Part shown: positions 39,471 through 51,635 of the stretch, piece after piece
How the letters are laid out: every line of letters begins with the position of its first letter
Position numbering within the stretch: the stretch's first letter is position 1
NCBI GenBank assembly: GCA_965644295.1
Contig: CBFFRP010000335.1
Location: forward strand, 147,330 to 211,329
DNA: 64,000 nucleotides
Origin: Paraphysomonas bandaiensis
Taxonomy: Eukaryota; Protista; Chrysophyceae
Direction: 5' to 3'
Position numbers and translations under genes: made by a program
Notes under the pieces: generated by a model
Told to the model about the DNA's origin: nothing
The model's input: only the letters and a program-made list of their open reading frames with translations
The model's database searches: none

Positions 39471-39722
39471 GATGAGTCCTTTAGAACCGGGGCCCAAGAG
39501 ATGGTCACCGGCTTTGATAAGTGATTTATGAGCGCGGTCAGCGCAAGGCGAGCAGCCAACGTAGTGGGGGACAATGCATTCCCTCTTGCGAGAGAGAGAA
39601 ATGATCAGTCCGGGGGAGCAGTGTCTCCGAGCCTTGGCGTGTACGCGTTTTACCCTTGTGGGGGGGAACGAGCCAGCGTTCGTCTTCCACTACGTAAAAA
39701 TTAATCTTGAGGTCCGAGGGAG

Positions 39723-42010
39723 TTGGCCCCTCTGGACGTAGGAATCAGTGATATAGGGGAAGAGTGGTCGTACCCAGCGGAGGAACAGCTGCTTTCGCTG
39801 GGAGAAGATCTTTCAAATTTCTCAAATAGGTCGACAAGGGACCGAGAGGATATGAAAGAAATTCGCAACGATCAGTTAGACTCCATTGACTCTGATTATC
39901 TAGACTCTGAGGGTGAGTCTCCTACGATTCCAGAAAAGGTTTATGGGTCACCGGACCTACAAGAAAAGAGTCGTGAGGTCCTGTGGGATACAGGGATATC
40001 TTTCGATTAGGGATTCGAAAAGGAAAGCCCACGAAGTTAGAATTTTTAGTTAGAAGTCCGGAAACCAGCTGAGGCATGGCTGATGCCGGTAAGAAATTGC
40101 CTCGTAGGAGGTTAGATAGGAGTCGTCAGCGCGAACTCCAACGTTTAGTGGAAAAGTTAGAGCGGTTGGGAGCGATCCAACCTAGCTCGGCCACTCATTA
40201 TAGTCATTCTTTTGTAGATCCATAGCCACACAATAAGTGGCGATTAGTGTTGGATTATAAGAATCTCAACAAGGTTAGATCTGGCCAATTCCGAACATTA
40301 GGGATATGATTTATCGAATTGGTGCCAGTGGGCGAGGAGTCCCGTAATTGGGTCGCCTTTATTACTCAAAACGGGGTGTACGAGTGGCTCCGGCTCCCCA
40401 TGGGTTTGAAAGGTGTCCCGTCCTACTTCCAGCGGCAAATGCAAAGTAGTGCTAGCGGGTTTAGTGTATGAGATTTGTGAGATATATCTGGGTGAATGTG
40501 TTAAATTTGCTGGCTCGGAAGAGGAGCTGATTAAGGATTATCAGCGGGTTCGGAGAGATTTAGGAAATTTGGCCAAATACCCAGACACAGTTTATGGGTG
40601 TGGCAAATTTGGTAAGAGATTGCGTACGCGTATATGTGCTGATTGCGAAACCATTGCATGCAATGTTGGGGAATTATACTAAGTCGCAGGCTAGACTTAA
40701 GGTATTACAGTGGACGGAGGAGTCCAGTGTTGCCTTTGATGTGCTAAGGGAGCGCATTCATGAGTGTCCCTTGTTATTTTTTATGGATGATGTTTCCCCC
40801 ATCTTCCTATATACTGACGCGTCAATAATTGGTATAGGGGCACACTTGGTGCAAGTCGTGGAGGGTCACGAGCGCACAATTGGGATGATTAGTAAGGCGT
40901 TCGACTCAACGTTAGCTAAGTGGCACACCTGCGAGAAGGAAGGTTTTGCCATCTTTTATGCACTAAATAAGTGGGAATACTTGTTGAGGGATCGACGTTT
41001 TACGGTTCGAACCGATCACGATAATTTACGCCAACTCAAGCAGGAGTATGGCCACATTAAGCGAGTGCAGCGCTGGTTTATGTGTTTTCAGTCGTTTGAT
41101 ATCGTGTTCGAACACCTTCCAAGGGAAATGAATGTGGTGGCTGATGCTCTTAGTCGAGTTTGTGGGGTGGACGCATCCGACAAGATCGATGACAATCTGT
41201 GTTCTTCTCTCGAGCGGTGCCTGGAGGAAGAGTCACATACTGAGGATTAGCGCATCCCTAATCACCTCTGGAAGGCGATTAAGGCTTGTCACAATAGTGT
41301 AGTAGGCCACCATGGGGTGGAACGTACAATGGGAAAGTTGCGAAGGAGCAACAATGATTGGAAGAACATGCGTCAGCATGTTATACGTTTTATTAAGTGT
41401 TGTGTGTGTTGTCAACAGATGTCAACCATTAAGCCAGCAGTGTGGGTTCGGCTTTTTCCTCTATCTAAGTATTCCATGGGTGAGTGTATCTATATGGATT
41501 ATATTGAGGGTTTAATTCCCGGTGAGAATGGGTATACTAGTATTCTGGAGTGGAGCACTCCTTTACAGTAGAGTACTCAAAGGAAGAGAATGGTATGGTT
41601 GAGAGGGAGAATAAGGAAATTCTCCGTCATCTAAGGAATATTATTTTCGAGAAAGTGGTTTTAAAAAAAAAAAAAAATGGTCTGATGTGCTGCCAATGGT
41701 ACAACGTAGCAATCCATGGGTCGACAGGAGTGGCCCGGCACAGTTTTACTGTATGGAGATGCCATAAACCTAGAGGCAGGTTTTATTGTGGATAGGAAGA
41801 ATTTGTCTCCAAGGGAGGAGAAGGATCTGTCCGAGTGGGTTGACAGTACGAGGAACAGTTGCGTTGTTGAAGTATTTGAAGGCTCACTCTAACTATGCAG
41901 TACGAGCCCTACTACCCAAGAGAGAAACGAAGCGCTCCAGGTCTCCGAACACGGCGGCAGAAGAAGTCATTTCGAGTGAGGATGAGTCGTCGCAGCAGTC
42001 AGGAGCTTGA
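39723..42010 (+). pseudogene. Decayed Gypsy pol
   Basis: RT KWRLVLDYKNLN, WPIPNI, AFITQNGVYEWLRLPMGLKG, with YxDD changed to YLGE. RNase H YTDAS/EKE/TDH/VADALSR. Integrase H..GH..CVCC, MDY and NGMVER. Frameshifts, stops and deletions throughout. Confidence 0.92.
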
Positions 42011-42179
42011 TTTATGAGTTTTGACGGTTAAAATCCGCTCTGTCCAGGTGGCGGACACCTATGAGAAGGTTCTCATACATCACAATTTCGTTGGAGTGAT
42101 CAGATAGTAGGGGTGATTTTTTTGGGTGTTGTTTTGTTGTTAGAGTGTCATTTTTTTAGTACATGTGCCACAATTTTCC

Positions 42180-42195
42180 AAAAAAGGGGAAGGGG
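42180..42195 (+). other. Polypurine tract
   Basis: aaaaaaggggaagggg, 3 nt upstream of the 3' LTR. Confidence 0.85.
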
Positions 42196-42404
42196 TAGTG
42201 TGGCATGAAACTCCTAGTTTTAGGGCTTGGGAGTTTCTCTCCTTCTGGAAACATGGGGTTTCCCTTCAGGATACGGTAGTCGAGTGGCAGTAGTTTCATG
42301 CCAGACTATTCATACATGATTCTTATCTACATAATAATCATATATTCTAGTCCTGCTCTGTTCTTGCTGTTAGCTACGTACTTGTAGGCAGTGGTCTGGG
42401 CACA

Positions 42405-43012
42405 ATACATACATACATACATACATACATACATACATACATACATACATACATACATACATACATACATACATACATACATACATACATACATACATAC
42501 CTACATACATACATACATACATACATACATACATACATACATACATACATACATACATACATACATACATACATACATACATACATACATACATACATAC
42601 ATACATACATACATACATACATACATACATACATACATACATACATACATACATACATACATACATACATACATACATACATACATACATACATACATAC
42701 ATACATACATACATACATACATACATACATACATACATACATACATACATACATACATACATACATACATACATACATACATACATACATACATACATAC
42801 ATACATACACATACATACATACATACATACATACATACATACATACATACATACATACATACATACATACATACATACATACATACATACATACATACAT
42901 ACATACATACATACATACATACATACATACATACATACATACATACATACATACATACATACATACATACATACATACATACATACATACATACATACAT
43001 ACATACATACAT
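42405..43012 (+). repeat. (ATAC)n microsatellite, ~152 units
   Basis: Direct read; interruptions near 42501 and 42808. Confidence 0.99.
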
Positions 43013-44209
43013 GCACTACGAACTGGAACACATCAGAGCAGACACTTATCGCAGCTGCGAGTGCGAGAGGGCTGGACCAGAGTATAGACCTGCCATGTTT
43101 GAATGCGACTTGTCATCTCTTCTTCCTCTCATTAAATGCAAAGGAGAAGCAGAGGTGATCGTATCTCTCCGATTGCTTCTTATTAAGTTGCAGGCTCACA
43201 CGAGGAGCTACATGGCTCTCCTCCACAATGAAAAGGTACTGACCTGACTGTTAACCACTCCTTTCATCTTAATGTGCATTTAGCTTATGGAGAGTATGCT
43301 ATCTGCTTCTCTTGAGGATATGGATGGGAACATGGCAGTCTTGCATTGCATGTTATCCTCAGCGATGGAACTCCTACAGGCGCGCATTCCAGTTGTGGCA
43401 TCTGACATTTTGGTGCTGTTAGAGCAGCTGCATTGTATAAAGGTATGTGACTCTGGACCCTATTTTCACGGTATTAATTATTGCATAAGGTTTCTCTTGG
43501 TCAATATAGTAAACAGAACAAAGCACTTTCGGCGGAGCTGCAGAGGGCTGGTTGTTCTGTTGTTGCATCCGAAAAGCGCGCACTCTATGATTTGCAGAAT
43601 TCCTTATGCAGGAAGTGTGAGTTGGTTCTGGATATGGCCCGTGATGGATGTGTAGCTACAGACACGTACAGAATGGAAGTTGAATTGAGAAACATTGATG
43701 CCTGTCTGCGCAGCCCTTTGCAATTGCCAAAATTGAAAACATGCATTGCAACTGATTCTACTGATGAACAGACCATAGTCCCTTGCAAGCGTGCTCGTAC
43801 TGAAAGCTATGCTCGTTTAGATAGTTCTCTGTCTCAAGAACACACCGAGACGGAAGGTAGAGTGCAAGAGAAAGGTGATGAAGAAGCAAAGCAAAGAAAT
43901 GACTTCACTCCGAATAATGAGTCAACTCCCTCACGGGATTGTCTACCTCGCCCAGCGGCGAATGAAAGCCAACAGTCTTATGACAAAAAGAGCACGTCAT
44001 CTAGTTCTATCTGTCTCAGTACTCCATCTCCAGAGATATGTTTGTCTGGGCGCAGGCCTCAGACTCAGCCCAATTGTTTGTCAGCTGTAATGCCTTCATC
44101 ATCGACTAACCATATGACTAATGGGTCTGTAACTAATACTAGCACAGGAACTAGTGTGACAGGTCATGGAAACAGCGAACTAAGTATGTGGAGGAGTCGC
44201 ACACAATGA
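43011..44209 (+). CDS. Hypothetical protein, multi-exon; start uncertain
   Basis: Successive ORF blocks at 43011, 43287 and 43481 with plausible GT-AG junctions; no known domain. Confidence 0.5.
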
Positions 44210-44457
44210 ATTGTGTATTTGTTGTTCATTTTGCTGTGGATAATCTACAAGACGTGGTGAGGTAGATACTGTAGTAAGTAGTAGGACCCATTTGTAAATA
44301 CTGTTGGTGCGATAAATAGACTCGTTATTGTATATGTAAGCATATATGAAAACATCTTGAGCTGGTTATATTTCGAAAATAAAATCAGTACTTATACGAC
44401 TTTAAGCAACTTTCTGAAATGTGATTAGGTGATGAAATATTGTCGTGGTGCCACTGA

Positions 44458-44677
44458 GTGGATGTCTTTTTATTATTAGCAATAGGCGTGTAATAGTCAG
44501 AGCTAATGGAGCAATGTAATTCAACAAGCAAGTGCTTAACTCTGATATCCTACTATTCTACTATTTAACGCTACCGAAGCTGCTTGTGCATCACCGCAAG
44601 CTCCAAAGTGCAACCACTTTCGCTCTATCACTCCAAGCTCAAAGAAAACGCAGCGAGCAAGCAGAATGTTGATATAC
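44458..44677 (-). repeat. Dispersed repeat family, copy D (terminal part)
   Basis: The reverse complement matches gtatatcaacattctgcttgctc..aaatagtaggatatcagagttaagca of copy A. Confidence 0.85.
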
Positions 44678-45171
44678 TTAATTTTGTGACCCGAACATAT
44701 ACAATAATACAGGTGTGGGCCACAATAGGCTATACTAAAGATTCCATGGATTCATAGAGCTGTGATACTCTTTACTGTATCAATGATCAATGGATAAATG
44801 CTATCAAACTATCAAATAATCTTGTTTTCTGTGGGTGTTATATGGACTGGAGAGTAATGGTAGAGGAAGGGAATCCCTATGGGCCTTTAAGTCGCCGTTG
44901 TTATGCGTGTGTCTTTCGCTAAATACTACATACTTTTACTTATAATTTAGACTATTACTGACGCATACTAATATTTATTGTGTACCGATATTGTGGTGAA
45001 TAGGAAAACGAAGCATGGTCAAAAAATAGCTAATACATTGCGGCTATATTGTAAGGGTTAAGGAATATATATATCCGTGTGATACGCTGGTGAGATCTGC
45101 ACATATAGCAAGATCAGAACTACAACAAGCACCACCTAATAACCTAGATATTACTCTCTCCCAGCTACTTT

Positions 45172-46660
45172 CTAACAGTTCTCAACGTCACCATCTTTAG
45201 CACTGGCGTCAGCCTCATCTGTTTTTCCGTCTCTCAGACTCCACAACCGAATTGTCCCATCCTCCGACCCAGATGCCACCACATCACCAGATGGATGATA
45301 CCTCACACAACGCACTGGTCCATGGTGGCCTTTGAAGGTTCTCAAGACCTCTCCAGATTGTGAATCGAACTCACGGACCCAAAGATCACTTCCTCCCTGC
45401 AAACCGTATAAAAAATGCATGCACAAAAACCAATGGCACAAATGGTAATAATAACCCCAATGACACAGTGTTGAGCATCCATTTAACAACTCACTAACGT
45501 CATCTACGTAATCTACATATAGGATATATTTTACAAATCATTGAGGAACGCACCGCCATGAATCTCGACCCATCTGGATGCATAGATGCACCACCTTCCT
45601 CTTTAAAGGAGAGTGGATCGGGCATATCGAACTCTTTAACAATCCCCAGTTCAGCAGCTGATACCATAACCACCTAATACAGACATAAGCAGATATAATA
45701 TTATATCGAAACTAAATATAGCACGTATACGCATGGAAAGTAGGTAAAGACAGAAATGGGGCAGATTGAACGTCACCACGGACCTTACGGCCAAGAGTAA
45801 CAAGAGCTGTATCCCGTGTCCTACTGAGTTCAATATCCATCACACATTCCTTTTTGTCGCTCAAAGAGACATTTCTAACGCATGCTGTCGCCGGGTCCAC
45901 TCGTCTGTCCCACATCTGCAAGGAACCTACTTTGGTGCCGACCAGAAGTGTGTTCCCATCTTCTCCAGCGAAAACAACCTTCGTGGAGGACTCCGAGGAC
46001 TTAGGTGCAACCGTATACACACTCGGGTCCGCAGTCGGGTTAACGGTGTCGAACACACGCATCAGACCGTCCTGGCAGCCACTCGCGATATGTAACGTAT
46101 CCTGTAACGACACAATGGTCATATATATACTACTAAACACATATCCAACCACTTACACTAGAGAAATCAACTGTTTTAACTACGTGTTTGTGTTTAAACT
46201 CATGGAGCTCCTTTCCAGTAGTTGCACACCACAACTTCGCACTAAAATCACCTATAAATATCAACATCACACACTTCCACCTGAAGAAAAAGAGAATACC
46301 AGAGCCAGTAGCAGCCAGTGTTCGTGTTTTGTAGTCTAATTTTGCTGACCACACTGCTCCTTTGTGTCCGTGAAAAGTGCCGATCCAGTCACCCGTTTCG
46401 CCATTTCGAATCTGCGGAATTTTATCTGCAACGAAAATAACACACTTAACAAGCGACAGAACACGCAGACGAATCACTCGCACCATGAGCTGAGCTTATT
46501 AGAAGCGTTCTTTCAGGTCCATCTTCAAAGAATGTGATTTCTGTTAACGGCCTGCAGACAAACATAACAAACATAACGACAGTGATTCCATACACAGATC
46601 AGACACCGCTCTGCATTACCTCGTGTGTCCTCGAGACACGATCTGAGGGTGCTGTTGCAT
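45172..46660 (-). CDS. STRAP: WD40 protein STRAP/UNRIP, multi-exon
   Basis: [71 protein letters not shown]. Confidence 0.92.
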
Positions 46661-47071
46661 TATAACTGTATCTGTCGTGAGGTGAACAACCACTATAACT
46701 ATATGACTGTGTATTACCATCAAGAGGTCAGACCTCCCAACAAACAGAGCAGACAGACACCGACAGCAGCTCCGGCCTACACGACAAAACACTTCCAGGA
46801 CAAACACACATCGCATAGAAAACGTGGATTTTCTAAAACACTCGTCATAAATATCGTAAAACCTTACATAAATAGGGATTGTTTTCCATAAAATCATAAC
46901 TTTAGACCGAACGCGAAGCAAGCCCATGAATGTACAGGAGTGTACTGTATATGCAGTGAGCATGAGGTGGACTAGCCTACTGCTGTACATTGAGACAAAT
47001 CTGATAAGAAAATTGCGGGTAGACTATCACAATAAGACATCACTCATTGGTGTTATTGCCACGCTGTGACA

Positions 47072-48211
47072 ATGATACTTACACCAAGATTTTCAAAGAA
47101 AAGTGATCATGTGGCTGTTCAAACATATGAGCCTGGGATGCATGTGCACTCGGCGGACTTTCCAGGGAAAATATTTGCATGCACACTTGAGTCATCTAAA
47201 GACAGTTTCATTGAAAAGCTTAACTTACCAAGTGCACACAAGAATTTTTTGGGTGTTAGTAAGACGCAAATAATTGAGTTTGTCGGTAGTTTGAACCGCT
47301 TGACTGTGGGTGACTGCCATGAAATGAGCAGCCTGGTGAAAGTGAAGTTTAAGCGGGGAGAAATCATTACATTTCAATTCAAAAGCAATTACACTAAACG
47401 TTATTTGATGTTCGATTGTGCTGAGTGTGTAAATTATATTAAACAACAAATGTGCAATTCAGGCATTCAGGCGACGCACACATCTCGGAAGCGATCACTC
47501 AATATCGCCACTGCACAGGGCATATTAGATACTGTGAAAGACCTTGAGGAGAAATTTTCACTTAATCCTTCACATCACTTAGTGACTGAAGTAATGGATC
47601 TCTTACGGGGTGCAGTGGAGTGTTTAGGAGAAGCAAACGATACTAGATATATAGCTGTTATTACACATATTCAAAATTTTCTACAGCGTGCGGATGTGGT
47701 GCGTATATTAGATGAGATCTCTTTAAACGATAAACAGCGAAAAGGTAGAGCAAGTGATACGGATGAAATTGAAACGCCTGCTGAACAGGAGGTTAACTCA
47801 TCGGAAGTCGGTTGCAAGGAGGGAGTGGAAACTGAAGGAGCTACGTTAAGACATCGGTCTCACAAAAGTATTGATGCGGAATTGGCTATGCTAGAGAAGG
47901 CAATGGCTGGAGTTGATATCGATGATGTTTTTGCAGAAGAAGCCTTCGATGAGTATGAATCTGATTCACGGTCACTCAATCCACAAGATAATAGTATATG
48001 CAATGAAAATGAGAAAGATGAGATAGAGATAGAACTTCATGAAATGTTAGCCGATATGAGTATGGAATTAGATTCTATAGTAGGTGCGAGCAGTGATACA
48101 ACACAACTACAGATGGAGAAGAAGAGGGTATCAATAACCCCGAATCTACAACCTCGAATATCCTCTGAGTCTGTTGATGACGATATAGACGGTTTTATCA
48201 GCACACTGTGA
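47072..48211 (+). CDS. Hypothetical protein (globular N-half, acidic C-tail)
   Basis: Uninterrupted ~380-codon ORF divergent from STRAP. Confidence 0.7.
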   Translation: MILTPRFSKKSDHVAVQTYEPGMHVHSADFPGKIFACTLESSKDSFIEKLNLPSAHKNFLGVSKTQIIEFVGSLNRLTVGDCHEMSSLVKVKFKRGEIITFQFKSNYTKRYLMFDCAECVNYIKQQMCNSGIQATHTSRKRSLNIATAQGILDTVKDLEEKFSLNPSHHLVTEVMDLLRGAVECLGEANDTRYIAVITHIQNFLQRADVVRILDEISLNDKQRKGRASDTDEIETPAEQEVNSSEVGCKEGVETEGATLRHRSHKSIDAELAMLEKAMAGVDIDDVFAEEAFDEYESDSRSLNPQDNSICNENEKDEIEIELHEMLADMSMELDSIVGASSDTTQLQMEKKRVSITPNLQPRISSESVDDDIDGFISTL

Positions 48212-49261
48212 GTAATGAAGAAATATATTTATGTTGTAGGCGTACATCTCATTCAGTAGCGGTAATGAAAGTTGTTCTTTAAGAGCTTTTCTCGTCGTTA
48301 TTTTATAAGTACATAACGCTGTTAGTGAGGACACATTCATTGTAAATTGTACTATACTTTTGAATTTCCTTAATGATGAGAGATATTGTTTCGTTTTTCT
48401 TTTTGTTATAACTAGGCAACGAATTATCCAAATAGTGATGATGTATGAATTGCTTAATTTATCTACACAGCCACGGCATATGGACACGCTCTCGGACTAG
48501 CGTAAACATGCATAAGAATTTCGAATTACTCATTATATATGTGTCTCTTAGGTCCTGAATGATTCATTCCATATTGTCTTGAATTTCAACATATTACACT
48601 ATGAAGAATATATAAAAATAGCTTGTGATAGTGGAATTACTGCGCCATCTGTTCAGATAAATTAATTGTACTGATTCACCATAGGGAAAGTGTGGTGAAC
48701 GCCTCGCCATACATATCATACTCCGCCTGTAAGGTATCAAGTATAATCCAAGATTCATGCTGCATGCAATACTCAAGCTATATTATGTTTGTGTTTATTA
48801 TCCAGTCTCATGATGCTACAGAATCCTACGAATCATACACAGATCATCCCGTGTGCTATAGAAGAGAATCTCCATATCAGTGTGTAGATGGCGCCAGGAA
48901 TACTCTTATAGATAAAGCGATTCGTTTACTAGCGAAAAGTTTCGCTGAGTTTAATCATATTTCTCAGTGGGGTTCATGCTTGAATCATCAGAGTGCATTT
49001 ACTTGTGCTTCTTCGCTTGATTGTGATTTGCTTGTTGTGGACTTGTGGACACAACACGCGAAAACTGAAACTTCGATGAGGTTATCTATGTCGTTTGAAG
49101 ATATGGGGGAGCTCCACATGAATGTGTGTATATATATACGTACAGTGTACTGCAGTCCTGTATACACCATACAGATGTGCGTGTATCCGAGAGCTTCATA
49201 CTCTGGACACTCATATACCATAATATCGTCACAGCACATAGCATATCTACCAGGCTGAATC

Positions 49262-50251
49262 ATGATCTACAACACTGTTGCCTCCCTTACCTTTCTGGCA
49301 GTATCTGCGACTGCCATGCTGAGTGACTCATCTCCAGAGTCTCTCAAGTACATGTGGGAGTCGTTCAAGTCAGAGCACATGAAGAGCTATGAGACATTCG
49401 AGGAGGAGAGATACCGATACAACACATTTGTCAGTAATCTCCGCACAATAGATCTGAGAAATGAAGAGGAGCGTATGGCGGGTGGCAGTGCACAGCATGG
49501 TATCACTGCATTCTCTGATCTCACTCAAGATGAGTTCAGATCCAGATACCTCACCGCTAAGAAGTCGATGAAAACTACCGATGCTGAGGTTGCCACCGTC
49601 CCCCCTTACACTGGAACTCAGTCCTCGGTTGACTGGACCGGAAAACTCACGACGCCAGTCAAGAACCAGGGTTACTGTGGTTCTTGCTGGGCTTTCTCTG
49701 CGACAGAGCAGATTGAGTCAGACTCAATGCGCACACTAGGCACCTCCTACATACTTTCCCCCGAACAAATCACTCAATGTGACAAGACATCTTATGGATG
49801 CAATGGTGGATGGACGGAAAGCGCTTATAACTACGTAAAGTCCGCTGGAGGTTTAGAGACCAATTCGGACTATCCATACACCTCATACAATGGTGTGACC
49901 GGTTCGTGTCACTCTCAGTCTTCCAAATACAAGATCGGTGTATCAGGTTATAAGACAATCAAGGGAGAGACTAACATGGCTAACTACGTTCTATCTACTG
50001 GTCCTCTCTCTGTCTGTCTCGACGCCAACAACTGGAATTCGTACCATGGCGGTATTATGACCTCCTGTGGCAAGCAGGTCGACCATTGCGTGCAAGCTGT
50101 AGGAGTGAACACTGGATCAAACGGATACTGGAAGGTGCGTAACTCTTGGGGCACTTCATGGGGTGAAAGTGGGTATATCCGATTGGCGTACGGTAAAAAT
50201 ACCTGTGACATCACCAACGACCCTACCTACGCTAACGTTTTCAAAGCCTAG
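49262..50251 (+). CDS. Papain-family (C1A) cysteine protease with I29 prodomain, intronless
   Basis: Signal peptide, ERFNIN-like EEERYRYNTFVSNL, GITAFSD, QGYCGSCWAFS, DHCVQAVG, WKVRNSWG. Confidence 0.97.
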   Translation: MIYNTVASLTFLAVSATAMLSDSSPESLKYMWESFKSEHMKSYETFEEERYRYNTFVSNLRTIDLRNEEERMAGGSAQHGITAFSDLTQDEFRSRYLTAKKSMKTTDAEVATVPPYTGTQSSVDWTGKLTTPVKNQGYCGSCWAFSATEQIESDSMRTLGTSYILSPEQITQCDKTSYGCNGGWTESAYNYVKSAGGLETNSDYPYTSYNGVTGSCHSQSSKYKIGVSGYKTIKGETNMANYVLSTGPLSVCLDANNWNSYHGGIMTSCGKQVDHCVQAVGVNTGSNGYWKVRNSWGTSWGESGYIRLAYGKNTCDITNDPTYANVFKA

Positions 50252-51635
50252 TTTCATGTGGTACTATAAGCACAGAGCTTTTTTGTTACAATTTTAGTTT
50301 TCATTATTCCCTTGCAGAAGAAATCCTTGTGTCTTTGCTGTGTTATTTTAAGGAGTAAACGGCCAATGTCATAAGTATCGCTTTACTGTATGTGATAAGG
50401 AGTATATGTGTTGCTGAATTACTGGTATTTGTTATTACCGTGCACAATAACTAAAATCCTATTTGTTTATGTCTAGTACGATAATACGGTATGTTTTTGT
50501 TGACTATATCTGCGTCAACCACGGAAACTAATTGTACCGCTGATTGTATGGCTTCAGAAGCAAGTGTGAGTAGCTGACATGATTACACTTTTTGTAAAAG
50601 CAACCTTCCATTAAAGTCGGGATAATTATTGATAAAACTACGCGAACGATAATAAACCGTAGTATTGATTTGCGAGTAGCTTGCCGTATACGGTCAAAAC
50701 TTATTTTGAAACACTTGCCAATTCTTTCATCAACTTGCATCATAATCCAAATAACTTAATAAATTCCTCATTTGTGACGTTTAATGCTAATGCTACAATG
50801 AGTTGTATGCTACAAGCTATGCTATATGATATATATTGTACAACTGAAGATTGAAGTGAGTGCACGAAGAACAACACACGAAATCAAGATATTAACCAAG
50901 TTGTAATATCGAAAGTCTTTTTATTTAGCAATAGGCGTTAAAAACTCGTTCCGATTTAGTGGCTAGTGTGGTATGCAAGTTTAATTACAAAGGAAGTAAT
51001 ATTAATATCGATGTAAAAGTTTATGAACGTGGGATCGACTGGTAAGCTTATTACAGTAAACACATACTACTGTTTTATACTGTTTTCACGTTTTCACCAA
51101 CTGTATTCTTCGAGAAATTGTTATATTTTAAAATCTAAAATATAGTCCTTCCAATGTTGCTTACAAAAAAGCAAAACATATGTAGCAATATGGCATATTG
51201 AAAGTCTTTCTGTTTAGCAATATGGCATATGTAGCACAAATGGTCGATTGACAATGCTTTCCAACTCTCTCCCTAAGTATTGATGTCCATACATGACAAT
51301 CGCAGGAGGTCCCCATTTGATACCGTCGTCTAGAGAGGCCGCTATATACATCCAAACGGCCTCCATGAAAAATACATTTCGTATTTAGCTCTAGCTCGGA
51401 GTGTAGAATTTTAAAGTTTACATGTAGAAATAACGTATTCGAGAGCTTCACATGACCACCGTGCTGTAACAAATAACCAAGCCAGGCAAACAGCCCATGA
51501 AAAATATCAAGTCAATGAAAATTACTATTAACACTTCAAAAAAACCTACAAGCTCTAAACTAATTCTGCATATATGCGCACTATATATTCACAAGTACGA
51601 TTTTCCATTACTGACAAATGAAAAGTGTACAGCAG

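Larger units (their letters stand above)
38034..42404 (+). mobile_element. Ty3/Gypsy-derived LTR retrotransposon, non-autonomous (LTRs 38034-38239 and 42199-42404)
   Basis: 206-bp TG..CA LTRs differing at one site (42307). Polypurine tract at 42180-42195. Domain order is RT-RNaseH-integrase. Confidence 0.95.

Noticed and set aside
39289-39476. CTGATGAG hammerhead-core motifs at 39289 and 39469 (retrozyme idea)
   Set aside because: No stem II followed by GAAA and no matching stems I/III were found by eye.
37590-43012. TACA arrays as telomeric repeats
   Set aside because: They are internal, flanked by genes, and lack the G-run motif typical of telomeres.
42370-43158. Long MYVC/HTYI-repeat ORFs (also at 37346-38152 and 54365-55463)
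   Set aside because: They are stop-free translations of the (TACA)n/(TATG)n microsatellite.
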